Positions 18,352 to 27,174 of a stretch of DNA of 64,000 nucleotides are shown here, piece by piece; positions within the stretch are counted from its first letter, which is position 1; every line of letters begins with the position of its first letter. The stretch covers positions 107,237-171,236 of the forward strand of contig CAYRSA010000001.1 of NCBI GenBank assembly GCA_964426845.1, given 5' to 3'. A program made the translations under genes and the position numbers. The DNA is from an uncultured Candidatus Saccharibacteria bacterium. GTDB lineage: Bacteria; Patescibacteriota; Saccharimonadia; Saccharimonadales; JAGQNJ01. The notes beneath the pieces are model-generated. The model was not told the DNA's origin and did no database searches. It worked only from the letters and a program-made list of their open reading frames with translations.

Positions 18352-18696
18352 ATGGCCACAACCCCCGAACTACCACCCCCAACATCCCTGTCCGAAGCCC
18401 AGAGCGCCTTTGATGCCGACAACAACGATACGGCTTGGCAACAATATGGCCAATGTCGTCAAGAGGGTATTAATCCCCGTATATTTGAAGGCAGTACCCC
18501 TGGCGACATTGTCCGCGCGCGACAGGCCTGCGGTGCTTGTGCTGTCCAGACCTTATGTTTAGACTTTGGCATCGCTCATGGCAATTCTTTTACTATGTGG
18601 GGTGGACACACCCCTGACGAGATCCGGGCAATACGTCGCGAACAACGCCAAAGCAAGTTATCGTGGTTGAGGGCCTTCCTGAACCTCGACGAATAA
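18352..18696 (+). CDS. WhiB-like (Wbl) 4Fe-4S transcription factor homolog
   Basis: The Cys pattern is C-x24-C-x2-C-x5-C (QCRQEG...ARQACGACAVQTLCLDF), followed by TMWGGHTPDEIRAIRRE. I moved the start to ATG 18352 because the track ORF start at 18217 lies inside der. Confidence 0.7.
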   Translation: MATTPELPPPTSLSEAQSAFDADNNDTAWQQYGQCRQEGINPRIFEGSTPGDIVRARQACGACAVQTLCLDFGIAHGNSFTMWGGHTPDEIRAIRREQRQSKLSWLRAFLNLDE

Positions 18697-18726
18697 GAAT
18701 AGGGTGGGTGCGTTATACTACTAAGC

Positions 18727-19365
18727 ATGGGCTTATTCGTCCGACGTAATAACGATTCCGAGTCACAACCGCTTTATAACACCGTCCACGATCGGGTAGT
18801 GCTGATCGTCGGTCTGGGCAACATCGGTAAAGAATATGTTGGCACTCGGCACAACATCGGTTTTGCCTGCCTCGAGAACTTCGCCGAGCAACACAGTTTT
18901 CCAGCCTGGATAGAAAAAAGGGATCTGCGTTGCCAGATAACCGAGCGCGTCGAGGGCAGCACCAAGGTTATCCTCCTCAAGCCAACCACCTACATGAACG
19001 AAAGTGGCCAAGCCGTCATGTCGGTCCAACGCTATTTCAAGCTCGCTAATACTGATACCGTAGTGGTTCATGATGAGTTAGATATTGACTTTGGTCAAAT
19101 CCGGGCTAGGGTAGGTGGTGGATCAGCCGGCAACAACGGCATTAAGTCACTGATTCAGCACTGCGGCGCCGACTTCAAACGTATCCGCATCGGTGTACGC
19201 AACGAACTACTAGAGAAAATGGATAGCGCCGACTTCGTCTTAGCGAAGTTTAATAAAGAAGAGCAGGCCAGCCTGCCCGAACTAATGCGAGAGGTCTCGG
19301 CCCTACTGTCTGAGTACACAGCTACTCATGAACTGCCTCACGACACACGCAATTTCCTATTATAG
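18727..19365 (+). CDS. pth: Peptidyl-tRNA hydrolase
   Basis: LIVGLGNIGKEYVGTRHNIGF and VVHDELD are classic Pth motifs. Confidence 0.95.
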   Translation: MGLFVRRNNDSESQPLYNTVHDRVVLIVGLGNIGKEYVGTRHNIGFACLENFAEQHSFPAWIEKRDLRCQITERVEGSTKVILLKPTTYMNESGQAVMSVQRYFKLANTDTVVVHDELDIDFGQIRARVGGGSAGNNGIKSLIQHCGADFKRIRIGVRNELLEKMDSADFVLAKFNKEEQASLPELMREVSALLSEYTATHELPHDTRNFLL

Positions 19366-19371
19366 GCAGTG

Positions 19372-19962
19372 TTAGTCGTCAAGCTTAATGACCCTAAGCC
19401 CAAGTGACTTGCGTCGGTCTTTAATCTCACGAACCAGTCCCTCTTCCTTCAGGTACGCCCGCTGAACAGTATCGCCGATATAGCCAAACACTTCTACGAA
19501 ACGCTTATAACTAGCAGCACTGTCGTTTGACGAGTGATGGGCTCTTCTGATCTCGTATTTTAACTTATCGTACTCGACAGCCACATGGCAACCCAAGCTA
19601 TAGAGCGGCCCGATATCAGACCCGTGGATTGTTATGACGCGGTTCTTTGCACCAAAACTACCAATATGCGCAATGCAGTCCTGTGTAGGGACTATAGTTC
19701 CATAACCCAACTCTACCTCGTCGTGCAATAAAACCCCTGGACCAACAGTGACATTTCCTTCAAGCTGCCGCCCATTGGAAGATACCGACCGCACATCATT
19801 TGGGCAAACCACAGCACCCTGCATTAAGAGAACTCCTCCATCAATATAAACGTTCGGACCAACAACAACCCCTGCCTCAATTACGCCCGGTTCATGCACT
19901 GATGCTCGCGGAGATATAATAGCTGATTCGTCGATTCGAAGGTTGGCTTCTGGATTAGTCAT
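19372..19962 (-). CDS. Hypothetical protein with an N-terminal hexapeptide-repeat (left-handed beta-helix-like) region
   Basis: 196-aa ORF with lower GC than its neighbours. It has repetitive V/I-G-x motifs (GVIEAGVVVGPNVYIDGGVLLMQGAVV). There is no SD, and a promoter-like element abuts the ATG. Confidence 0.55.
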   Translation of the reverse strand: MTNPEANLRIDESAIISPRASVHEPGVIEAGVVVGPNVYIDGGVLLMQGAVVCPNDVRSVSSNGRQLEGNVTVGPGVLLHDEVELGYGTIVPTQDCIAHIGSFGAKNRVITIHGSDIGPLYSLGCHVAVEYDKLKYEIRRAHHSSNDSAASYKRFVEVFGYIGDTVQRAYLKEEGLVREIKDRRKSLGLRVIKLDD

Positions 19963-19970
19963 TTTCTAAA

Positions 19971-19998
19971 ATCTTAATACCTATATTATTCTTGTCAA
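19971..19998 (-). promoter_or_regulatory. Sigma70-type promoter placed for a leaderless transcript of the 19372-19962 gene
   Basis: The minus strand reads TTGACA (19998-19993), a 16-nt spacer, TAAGAT (19976-19971), then 8 nt and the ATG at 19962. Confidence 0.45.
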
Positions 19999-20009
19999 CT
20001 CACCCTAGC

Positions 20010-20046
20010 GTAAAAGACCTCCAGAGGGGGTGGGCACCGCTGGAGG
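20010..20046 (-). terminator. Hairpin plus T-run, candidate intrinsic terminator of the non-coding locus
   Basis: The minus strand reads CCTCCAG-(15-nt loop)-CTGGAGG followed by TCTTTTA. The loop also pairs with an upstream 8-mer (see findings). Confidence 0.45.
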
Positions 20047-20366
20047 CCTATTACACCCTTCAACCCACCCCAGCGAAACTTGCGGAGAACTCCACAAAGT
20101 AAACTCCGTGTCTGATCCCAAGGGATCAATCGTTTAGACTCGCTTTGAATTGGGGCCTCAAGTGCGTTTGCGAACATCCGCGCAAGAGGTTGCTAGTTAA
20201 AGGGGTTAGTCTGTTTTAGAGCGTTTCCCCAAGGGGAAGCGCTTACTTAGTGGAGGGTAACAACTATGAAAGCCGCTCTAAAACAACCTAACTTCATCAC
20301 TATTTAATAAGTGATAGTTAGAATTGGGGTATAAGGTACGATGAATTCTTTGTTAGAACTCACAGG
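20010..20366 (-). ncRNA. Candidate ~350-nt structured RNA of unassigned class
   Basis: It is bounded by a consensus promoter and a terminator-like hairpin, contains several strong stems and a pseudoknot-type complementarity, and has no credible ORF. Confidence 0.5.
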
Positions 20367-20371
20367 TTGCC

Positions 20372-20400
20372 ATTTTAGCAAAATGCTTACCTTATGTCAA
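20372..20400 (-). promoter_or_regulatory. Near-consensus sigma70-type promoter driving the non-coding locus
   Basis: The minus strand reads TTGACA (20400-20395), a 17-nt spacer, then TAAAAT (20377-20372). Confidence 0.6.
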
Positions 20401-20434
20401 TACTAAAATACAAGTTTGGAGTTAGAGCAAAATA

Positions 20435-21289
20435 GTGCAGAAACCAAAGCATAAGCAAATTCCAGTTCCGCCTCTGTTAAGCCAATTGCCCGATGCGCCC
20501 AAGCTGCTTTTTGCCATCGGCAATAACCTCGAGGAATTGCTAGCCAAACCGCGGGTCGCCATTGTCGGCGCGCGTAAGATGTCACCATATGGTCAAGCTG
20601 TTACCGAGAAGCTGGCCGCTCAGCTGGCAGGCAAGGGGATAGTGGTAGTTAGTGGTCTAGCTTACGGTGTAGACGTTTGCGCCCACCAGGCAGCTCTGGC
20701 AGTCGGAGGGCAGGGTATTGCCGTCATGGCTTGTGGCTTGGATCATATTTACCCCACGGCTCATACCCGGATAGGGGAGGAGCTAGTCCAAAAGGGCGGG
20801 GTTATTCTGTCAGAGTACCCTGAAAGAACCACGCCCATGCAATACCGCTTCCTAGAACGCAATCGCCTGATTTCTGCCCTATCTGATGCGGTAATCATAA
20901 CCGAGGCCGCTCAGCGCAGTGGCACCCTCAACACTGCTGCCCATGCCTTAAACCAGGGTAAGCCTGTGCTCTGTGTCCCTGGAGACATCACGAGTGAACT
21001 ATCGGCTGGTACCAACAACCTACTAAAGGCTGGGGCCACCCCCGTGACATCGGTGGACGACGTACTTTCACTGCTAGGCATAGATGAGGAGATCCAAACC
21101 GCCTTACCGCTAGCCGCCAACGAGAATGAGTTCATTCTGCTTAGTTTGATTAAGGACGGCACCAGTAACGGCTCTGATCTCCTTAGACAGAGTGAATTAG
21201 ATGCTCCAACCTTCAACCAAACCCTCACCATGCTGGAGATTACCCGCAAGATAAAACCGCTCGGCGCCAATCATTGGACCTTGGCTTAG
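20435..21289 (+). CDS. dprA: DNA processing protein DprA (Smf)
   Basis: PRVAIVGARKMSPYGQAVTEKLAAQLAGKGIVVVSGLAYGVDVCAHQAAL is the typical DprA Rossmann core. The start is GTG. Confidence 0.9.
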   Translation: MQKPKHKQIPVPPLLSQLPDAPKLLFAIGNNLEELLAKPRVAIVGARKMSPYGQAVTEKLAAQLAGKGIVVVSGLAYGVDVCAHQAALAVGGQGIAVMACGLDHIYPTAHTRIGEELVQKGGVILSEYPERTTPMQYRFLERNRLISALSDAVIITEAAQRSGTLNTAAHALNQGKPVLCVPGDITSELSAGTNNLLKAGATPVTSVDDVLSLLGIDEEIQTALPLAANENEFILLSLIKDGTSNGSDLLRQSELDAPTFNQTLTMLEITRKIKPLGANHWTLA

Positions 21290-21870
21290 ACGAATTATTA
21301 TTGTATGCTTTCGCAATGAACACACCCATCCTAGGCGTCGAACCATTGGGCCGGGTGGACGGCCCAGTATTCGAACAGCTGAGGTCTCTGCGGCCGAATC
21401 CGGAAAGAGGCTATTCTGTCAGCCGACGAGCGTTCGGGCGCCTGGACGAACGCTACACCCAAATAAACAGACTTATTAAGTCCGTCAGGCGGGAAAATAG
21501 GTTAGGGCGTGGAGGCTGGCTAGTTCTAGACTCCGTGGTGCCAGCGGGCCAATCTCAGATTTTGCCAGGTTGGCACACGGACGGCGATAATTTGCTGGCT
21601 GTCGATAAATTGCCCACAGAGGTGTTGTGCATTGAATTGCCCGGCGACCGATTAAGTTGCAGAGAACCCGATTTACGGGCCGACCAAGCGGTATGGAACG
21701 CTATATGTAAATCCTGGGATAAACCCGAAACCCTAGACAGATTTCCTCATCTCAGCGTGAGAGCCCTGGAAGCTGGAGTAATATACGGCATAAGCGCCCA
21801 GGCGGTCCATAGAAGTCCGATGAACCCCGAGCCAGCACCAATCGATAGAACTATAATCGAAATGAGGTAA
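21274..21870 (+). CDS. Hypothetical protein, possible Fe(II)/2-oxoglutarate-oxygenase-like (cupin) fold
   Basis: GWHTDGD (HxD) and a distal AVHRSP His sit in a plausible order. This is a weak call. The start may instead be ATG 21316, which would remove the 16-nt overlap with dprA. Confidence 0.45.
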   Translation: MDLGLDELLLYAFAMNTPILGVEPLGRVDGPVFEQLRSLRPNPERGYSVSRRAFGRLDERYTQINRLIKSVRRENRLGRGGWLVLDSVVPAGQSQILPGWHTDGDNLLAVDKLPTEVLCIELPGDRLSCREPDLRADQAVWNAICKSWDKPETLDRFPHLSVRALEAGVIYGISAQAVHRSPMNPEPAPIDRTIIEMR

Positions 21871-21959
21871 TTAGGCTTCGGGTTTGCTTTTGCCGGGCTA
21901 ATCATTTACTATCCCTGCTTGTGTCCAAAAATTAACTTGGTACACTAAGCACTATCAGT

Positions 21960-24254
21960 ATGAGCAAGAATTTAGTAATTGTAGAGAGCCCAGCTAAGGC
22001 TAAAACTATCGAGAAATACCTCGGTAGCGACTTTACTGTCAAGTCCAGCATGGGCCACATTCGGGCCTTGCCATCCAAGAACGGCAGCATTGACGTTGAT
22101 AATAAGTTTAAGCCGGTATTCGAAGTTGATCCCGGCAAGCGCAAAGTGATTGCCGAACTCAAAAAGGCCACCAAAGCTGCCGACCACGTCTGGCTGGCCA
22201 GCGATGAAGACCGCGAAGGCGAAGCCATTGCTTGGCATTTGGCCGAAGTTTTGGGCCTAGACACCAAGACCACCAAACGGATTGTTTTCCACGAAATCAC
22301 CAAGTCAGCCCTGGACGAAGCCGTCAAAAACCCCCGCACCATAGATGATAAATTAGTTCAGGCCCAGCAGGCCCGCCAGGCCCTGGACTATTTAGTAGGC
22401 TTCGAATTAAGTCCTGTATTGTGGCGCAAAGTCGCACCAAGCCTGTCAGCTGGCCGCGTCCAGTCAGTGGCCGTCCGCCTAATCGTTGAACGCGAACGGG
22501 AAATCACCGACCACAAACCCGAAGCCACCTTCAAACTCCAAGCCACTTTCAAGCTGAAAGACGGCACCGAATTGCTGGCCACTAGCCCCACTAAGTACAA
22601 AACTGTCTCTGAAGCCAAGAAAGTTCTAGACGACTTCGCTAAATCCGATTTCAGCATTGCCGATATTAGTAAAAAGCCAGGCAGCCGCAGTCCTTCAGCG
22701 CCTTTTACCACCAGTACACTCCAACAGGAGGCCAGCCAGAAGCTGGGCTACAGCCCGCGGCAAACCATGCAGTTGGCTCAACGCCTCTACGAAGCCGGCC
22801 ACATTACATATATGCGTACTGATTCGGTCAATTTGTCCAATACAGCTATGGGTGCTATTGGCAACTACGTCACTAAAGAGTACGGCGACAAGTACTATCA
22901 GACGCGGGCTTTCAAATCCAAGAATAAGAGCGCCCAGGAGGCTCACGAAGCCATCCGGCCAACAGAGGCCAGCCAGCCTAAAGCTGGCGCCGATGCTCAA
23001 CAGGAAAAACTTTATAACTTAATCTGGAGAAGGGCAGTGGCCAGCCAAATGGCTCCAGCAGTTCTGGAGAAGACCACCATTAGCATCAAGGCCAGTCAAT
23101 CGGCCGAAATCCTAGAAGCCAAAGGCGAAGTAGTTATCTTTGATGGCTTCCTAAAAGTCTACGGTCGGGCAGGGGACGACACCCTACTACCTCCTGTTAA
23201 AGCCGACGACTCCCTAGACCTGCAACTTGCCGAAGCCACCGAAACTCTATCCCGAGCCCCAGCTAGATATACCGAGGCCAGCTTAGTCAAAAAATTAGAA
23301 GAAATGGGCATTGGCCGACCCTCGACCTACGCCCCAACTATTAATACTGTCCAAACCCGGGGCTACGTCGAGCGAGCCGACGTCGAAGGCACCGAAATCC
23401 AAATCACCAAACTGACTCTACGAAACGCCACCGTAACAGAGTCCAAAGAACCTTTCATGTACGGCCGCGACACCAACAAACTAGTGCCAACCGACACTGG
23501 CCTGGTGGTCACCGACTTCCTGGTCAAGTATTTCGCCGACGTCATGGACTACGACTTTACCAAACAAGTTGAGGAAGAGCTGGACGACATCGCCGACGGC
23601 AAAAAAGACCGGATCACAGTACTGCAACACTTCTATGGACCATTCCACAAACTGGTCGAAGCCAGCGCCGATGTCACTAGGGCCGAAGCCTCCCAAGCCC
23701 GCCTTGTCGGCCTAGACCCCAAGGGCAAACAGCCAATTTATGCCCGCTTCGGCCGCTATGGCCCAATGCTACAGCGGGGCGAGCAATCCGACGACCCTAA
23801 ACCAACTTTTGCACCACTACCCCAAGGCCGTAAAATCGAGACCGTTACCTTGGACGAAGCTCTGGAAATGTTCAAATTACCCCGAACTCTGGGCAAAACT
23901 GATGACGGTGAGGACATTGTCGCTAACCTAGGGCGCTTTGGCCCCTATGTTAAGGTTGGCAGTCTATTCGTATCTATCAAACCTCACGATCCATTTACCA
24001 TCGACCTAGAGACGGCTCAGAAGTTATACCAAGAGAAACTAGTCGCCGAAAAGAAGAAGAACGTCGCCGAATTCCCAGGCGGTATTAAGGTACTAATCGG
24101 CCCCTACGGCCCCTATATAACTGATGGCAAGAAGAATGCCAAGATCCCCAAAGATGTCGAGCCCAAAGATGTCACCGAAGAGCAGGCCAAGCAACTCCTC
24201 GACGAAGCTCCAGTTCGCAAAAAACGGCCAGTCCGCCGCCGCAAAGCCGCCTAG
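21960..24254 (+). CDS. topA: DNA topoisomerase I
   Basis: It has the Toprim N-terminus LVIVESPAKAKTIEKYLG, ASDEDREGEAIAWH, the active-site region ITYMRTDS, and a basic C-terminus. Confidence 0.97.
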   Translation: MSKNLVIVESPAKAKTIEKYLGSDFTVKSSMGHIRALPSKNGSIDVDNKFKPVFEVDPGKRKVIAELKKATKAADHVWLASDEDREGEAIAWHLAEVLGLDTKTTKRIVFHEITKSALDEAVKNPRTIDDKLVQAQQARQALDYLVGFELSPVLWRKVAPSLSAGRVQSVAVRLIVEREREITDHKPEATFKLQATFKLKDGTELLATSPTKYKTVSEAKKVLDDFAKSDFSIADISKKPGSRSPSAPFTTSTLQQEASQKLGYSPRQTMQLAQRLYEAGHITYMRTDSVNLSNTAMGAIGNYVTKEYGDKYYQTRAFKSKNKSAQEAHEAIRPTEASQPKAGADAQQEKLYNLIWRRAVASQMAPAVLEKTTISIKASQSAEILEAKGEVVIFDGFLKVYGRAGDDTLLPPVKADDSLDLQLAEATETLSRAPARYTEASLVKKLEEMGIGRPSTYAPTINTVQTRGYVERADVEGTEIQITKLTLRNATVTESKEPFMYGRDTNKLVPTDTGLVVTDFLVKYFADVMDYDFTKQVEEELDDIADGKKDRITVLQHFYGPFHKLVEASADVTRAEASQARLVGLDPKGKQPIYARFGRYGPMLQRGEQSDDPKPTFAPLPQGRKIETVTLDEALEMFKLPRTLGKTDDGEDIVANLGRFGPYVKVGSLFVSIKPHDPFTIDLETAQKLYQEKLVAEKKKNVAEFPGGIKVLIGPYGPYITDGKKNAKIPKDVEPKDVTEEQAKQLLDEAPVRKKRPVRRRKAA

Positions 24255-24274
24255 TACTGCTACAATAAATAGCA

Positions 24275-24475
24275 ATGAAAGCCATACGACTAATCTTTAT
24301 GGGCATAGTACTTAGCGTTGTACTAATCACCGGTTATTACATCTTCCAGTCGCAGACTGCCAAGATGAACATCACCAATTTCGAACAATGCGCCGACGCC
24401 GGCTATCCTATCCAAGAGAGCTACCCGGCTCGCTGTGTCACTCCTGACGGCCAAGCCTTCACCCAGCCATTGTAA
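24275..24475 (+). CDS. Small membrane-anchored/secreted protein
   Basis: 66 aa with an N-terminal hydrophobic helix and two Cys. An extended -10 (TGCTACAAT, 24258-24266) lies 8 nt upstream of the ATG, and there is no SD. Confidence 0.5.
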   Translation: MKAIRLIFMGIVLSVVLITGYYIFQSQTAKMNITNFEQCADAGYPIQESYPARCVTPDGQAFTQPL

Positions 24476-24506
24476 TTGCTCGCTTTTTGTTCTATAGTCT
24501 TGCTCA

Positions 24507-25151
24507 ATGAGTAACGCATCTGTGACACGCTATAAACACCCCAGGCGTAGCTTTTCCCCCGGGCCTGCCAGGGAAGAAGTCGTGCTAGGCGGCAGTTTTA
24601 CTGTATTTCGTCCGGTTGACTCCGAACCAGCAACTGAAGTAAGTCAAGATTTATACGTCATGGCTAGCCACATCCCGGGTATACAAATAGCTGGTCGGCG
24701 AGGCATTCCCACAGCTAGGTTGACTCTTTTAGAACATCTAGAATCCGCATCCCATCCTGGGGTCAGAAACATGCCAGTGGATGAACTGGAGGCAAAACTG
24801 GTAGAATTCGTGCCCGACCTCGGCAACCCTGGACCGTATCCCGTAAAGAGTATCGGGGCCTTCGCCGTGAATTCTGGGTTAGGATCTGACGGGGTTAATA
24901 TGATTCCGATTGGCGCCTTTATTGGTAGTGCTGAGCAAACACTTGAACCAGAGCGACAGGTGTTGGAAAGCTTTATGTGCGAACTCGATGGAGTACCACC
25001 AGAACCGCTAGAGCCCAAACCTATGCATGCTGACTTTGCGGCACTCCCTCTAGGCAGCAAACCAAGCCACATAGCACTAGTCAAGGAGATAATAGCCGAA
25101 AGTCTGCCTCAAGAAATACTGTTCGATAGGCCCGCGTTTGAGATAAGTTAG
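24507..25151 (+). CDS. Hypothetical protein
   Basis: 214-aa ORF in which I recognised no motif. Confidence 0.5.
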   Translation: MSNASVTRYKHPRRSFSPGPAREEVVLGGSFTVFRPVDSEPATEVSQDLYVMASHIPGIQIAGRRGIPTARLTLLEHLESASHPGVRNMPVDELEAKLVEFVPDLGNPGPYPVKSIGAFAVNSGLGSDGVNMIPIGAFIGSAEQTLEPERQVLESFMCELDGVPPEPLEPKPMHADFAALPLGSKPSHIALVKEIIAESLPQEILFDRPAFEIS

Positions 25152-25273
25152 GCTCTGGACCTACTCCATGCTTTGTCATCTGTCGCAATAGTAGGGTGTT
25201 GTAATATTCGCGGGCGGTAAAGGTGCATTTTAGGCTAGTTTGTGCTAAAATCTACTTATAGCAAGAAATATGC

Positions 25274-25302
25274 TTGACTTTTGAAAGTATAGGTTTTATA
25301 AT
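25274..25302 (+). promoter_or_regulatory. Consensus sigma70-type promoter for the 25346 gene
   Basis: TTGACT (25274-25279), a 17-nt spacer, then TATAAT (25297-25302). A ~37-nt leader with an AAAGGAA RBS follows. Confidence 0.6.
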
Positions 25303-25345
25303 TGGACGTAATAGGTGGGAAAATAGTACGTAAAAAGGAATAAAT

Positions 25346-26383
25346 ATGGCCGAACAAGCAACTACACTCAACATCGAAAAAGCCGTTAACGCCATCGTCG
25401 ACACTATCGACAAGGAGCGCGAACGGGAGATTGTAGCTCGCCGTTTTGGTCTGAACGACCGCAAAGAAACCCTAGAACAAATAGGGGAGTTGCTGGGTAT
25501 TACCCGTGAGCGCGTTCGTCAGTTGGAAAAAGCCGTTGTAGCCCGTCTTAAATCTCAAGCCGAGAAGGGTGATTTACCGCAGATCGCAGAAATCGAAGCC
25601 GAATTATCGCAGATTATCACCGACATGGGCTCGGCCGCCCGTATCCAAGATATTTCTGCCAAGCTTAATAAGGAAAATTCTCGAATCGACCAAGCCCGCG
25701 TATCGTTCCTGACTAAGCTTTGCCCTAAGCTGACTGTATTGGACGAGAACGACTTCTACTTCCAAGGAGCCGCTCTAGCCAGCAAATACAGCGACAAACA
25801 GCTGAAAAGCCGCGTAGAGGCCGTTATTAACGCTGTCAAAGCCGTTGGCGAGCCTACAACCATCGATAAGATCGCTGAAGCCGACGGGAAGGGGACTCCT
25901 GAAGAAGTCGCCGCTCTAGCCAGCCTATCTAAGCAACTAGCTACCCTTAATGGGCGATGGGGACTTATTAAATGGCCAATGGTCAACCCCAAGAACATTC
26001 GCGACAAGATCTACATCATCTTGTTCGAGCACGGCAAGTACATGCACTTTTCTGAAATCGCCGCTGCCATTAAGAAGTCTGACTTCCGTCGCAAAGATGT
26101 TACTACCCAAGCTATCCACAACGAATTGATCAAGGATAAACGATTTGTGCTGGTAGGGCGGGGGATTTATGCCCTGAAAGAGTGGGGCTACAAGAAGGGC
26201 ACTGTGGCCGATGTTATCACCGATGTCCTGAAGAAGGCAGGCGAGCCACTGCACCGCGACGAAATCGTCAAACGCGTGTTGAAAGACCGTTACGTCAAAG
26301 AAACCACTATCCTATTGAACCTGCAGGGCAAGCCACAGTTCAAACGAACCGCCAAGGCCACCTACACCCTAGCTGAAGGCTAA
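25346..26383 (+). CDS. Sigma-70 region-4 domain protein with two C-terminal HARE-HTH-like domains
   Basis: The N-terminus REIVARRFGLNDRKETLEQIGELLGITRERVRQLEKAVVARLK matches RpoD region 4.2. Two later segments (IYIILFEHGKYMHFSEIAAAI...RFVLVGRGIYALKEWGY and VADVITDVLKKAGEPLHRDEIVKRV...) resemble the HARE-HTH of the RNAP delta subunit. Confidence 0.75.
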   Translation: MAEQATTLNIEKAVNAIVDTIDKEREREIVARRFGLNDRKETLEQIGELLGITRERVRQLEKAVVARLKSQAEKGDLPQIAEIEAELSQIITDMGSAARIQDISAKLNKENSRIDQARVSFLTKLCPKLTVLDENDFYFQGAALASKYSDKQLKSRVEAVINAVKAVGEPTTIDKIAEADGKGTPEEVAALASLSKQLATLNGRWGLIKWPMVNPKNIRDKIYIILFEHGKYMHFSEIAAAIKKSDFRRKDVTTQAIHNELIKDKRFVLVGRGIYALKEWGYKKGTVADVITDVLKKAGEPLHRDEIVKRVLKDRYVKETTILLNLQGKPQFKRTAKATYTLAEG

Positions 26384-26439
26384 ACATAACTGACGCAGAA
26401 GCAAGCCTGTAGAACGCTGTTAGTGAATTTATACAACAT

Positions 26440-26985
26440 ATGGCCGAAACACTTAAACATAACGGTTTAGACCTACCGGTTTTTCCATCTGACACCCCAA
26501 TATGCTTTGATAAGGCTGGGATGCGTGCAGCTGCGACCACCGGCGCAGATCACTTCGTGCGACAGGTTCACCCCTATGGGGCAACCACACCACAAGGCCT
26601 CGGCAAGTTACTTTACGAAGCCGACCAGCAATTTGAAGAACTAGCCGAACATGCTGGTGCCCGAGTGGTACCCCATACATATGGCATCTATGAGATGTCT
26701 CCAGAGGAGCGCCAGCGTCGGTCAATTGCATACCAGGATCTTCTCCCGGCTGGACACTTACTCGTGGCCGAAGTTGCTGTAGTGCAAGGCTTTCGACGAG
26801 AAATAAACCCAATATCAGCGCTTTTAACCAAACGAGCCATCAACACTCACAATATCGTTAAAGAGTTACTAGGCAGGCCGTACCTATACGACATGCACAT
26901 TCATCAATTCGGTCGAGGCAGAGTCGATGGAATCAGAGCCAAATGGCTGGTAGACATAGAACCTAAGCTCGTCGGTATGCCATAA
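26440..26985 (+). CDS. Hypothetical protein (last + strand gene before the orientation switch)
   Basis: 181-aa ORF. The C-terminal LYDMHIHQF...WLVDIEP is faintly kinase-like, so I make no functional call. Confidence 0.5.
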   Translation: MAETLKHNGLDLPVFPSDTPICFDKAGMRAAATTGADHFVRQVHPYGATTPQGLGKLLYEADQQFEELAEHAGARVVPHTYGIYEMSPEERQRRSIAYQDLLPAGHLLVAEVAVVQGFRREINPISALLTKRAINTHNIVKELLGRPYLYDMHIHQFGRGRVDGIRAKWLVDIEPKLVGMP

Positions 26986-27174
26986 ATTGAAATTCTTAAC
27001 CGAACATTTTGCGAACACGATAATGGTGGTGGGGTCTAAAGTAAGCACCGGGACTATGAGTGGCAGTAGACCGGACAGCAGCAGTGGGGCAAACAAAAAA
27101 ATAAATCACAAATTAAATCGGGAAATAATACATAGAAACCAGGCAGTAGAGCACCTCCCGCAACCATAGAGGTT

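Noticed and set aside
19995-20177. A 60-aa minus-strand ORF inside the structured spacer
   Set aside because: It has no RBS and an implausible composition. It coincides with the stems and pseudoknot of the candidate RNA.
19963-20434. Identifying the structured spacer as RNase P RNA, tmRNA, SRP RNA or a retron/CRISPR-type RNA
   Set aside because: Neither strand contains GGAAAGTCC with ACAGA(A)CCGGCTTA-type P4 halves, a tRNA-like T-arm followed by CCA, a plausible tag ORF ending in a stop, or the SRP GGAAGCAGC motif. There is no reverse transcriptase or cas gene nearby and no internal direct repeats. The class is left open. Only a covariance-model search can settle it.
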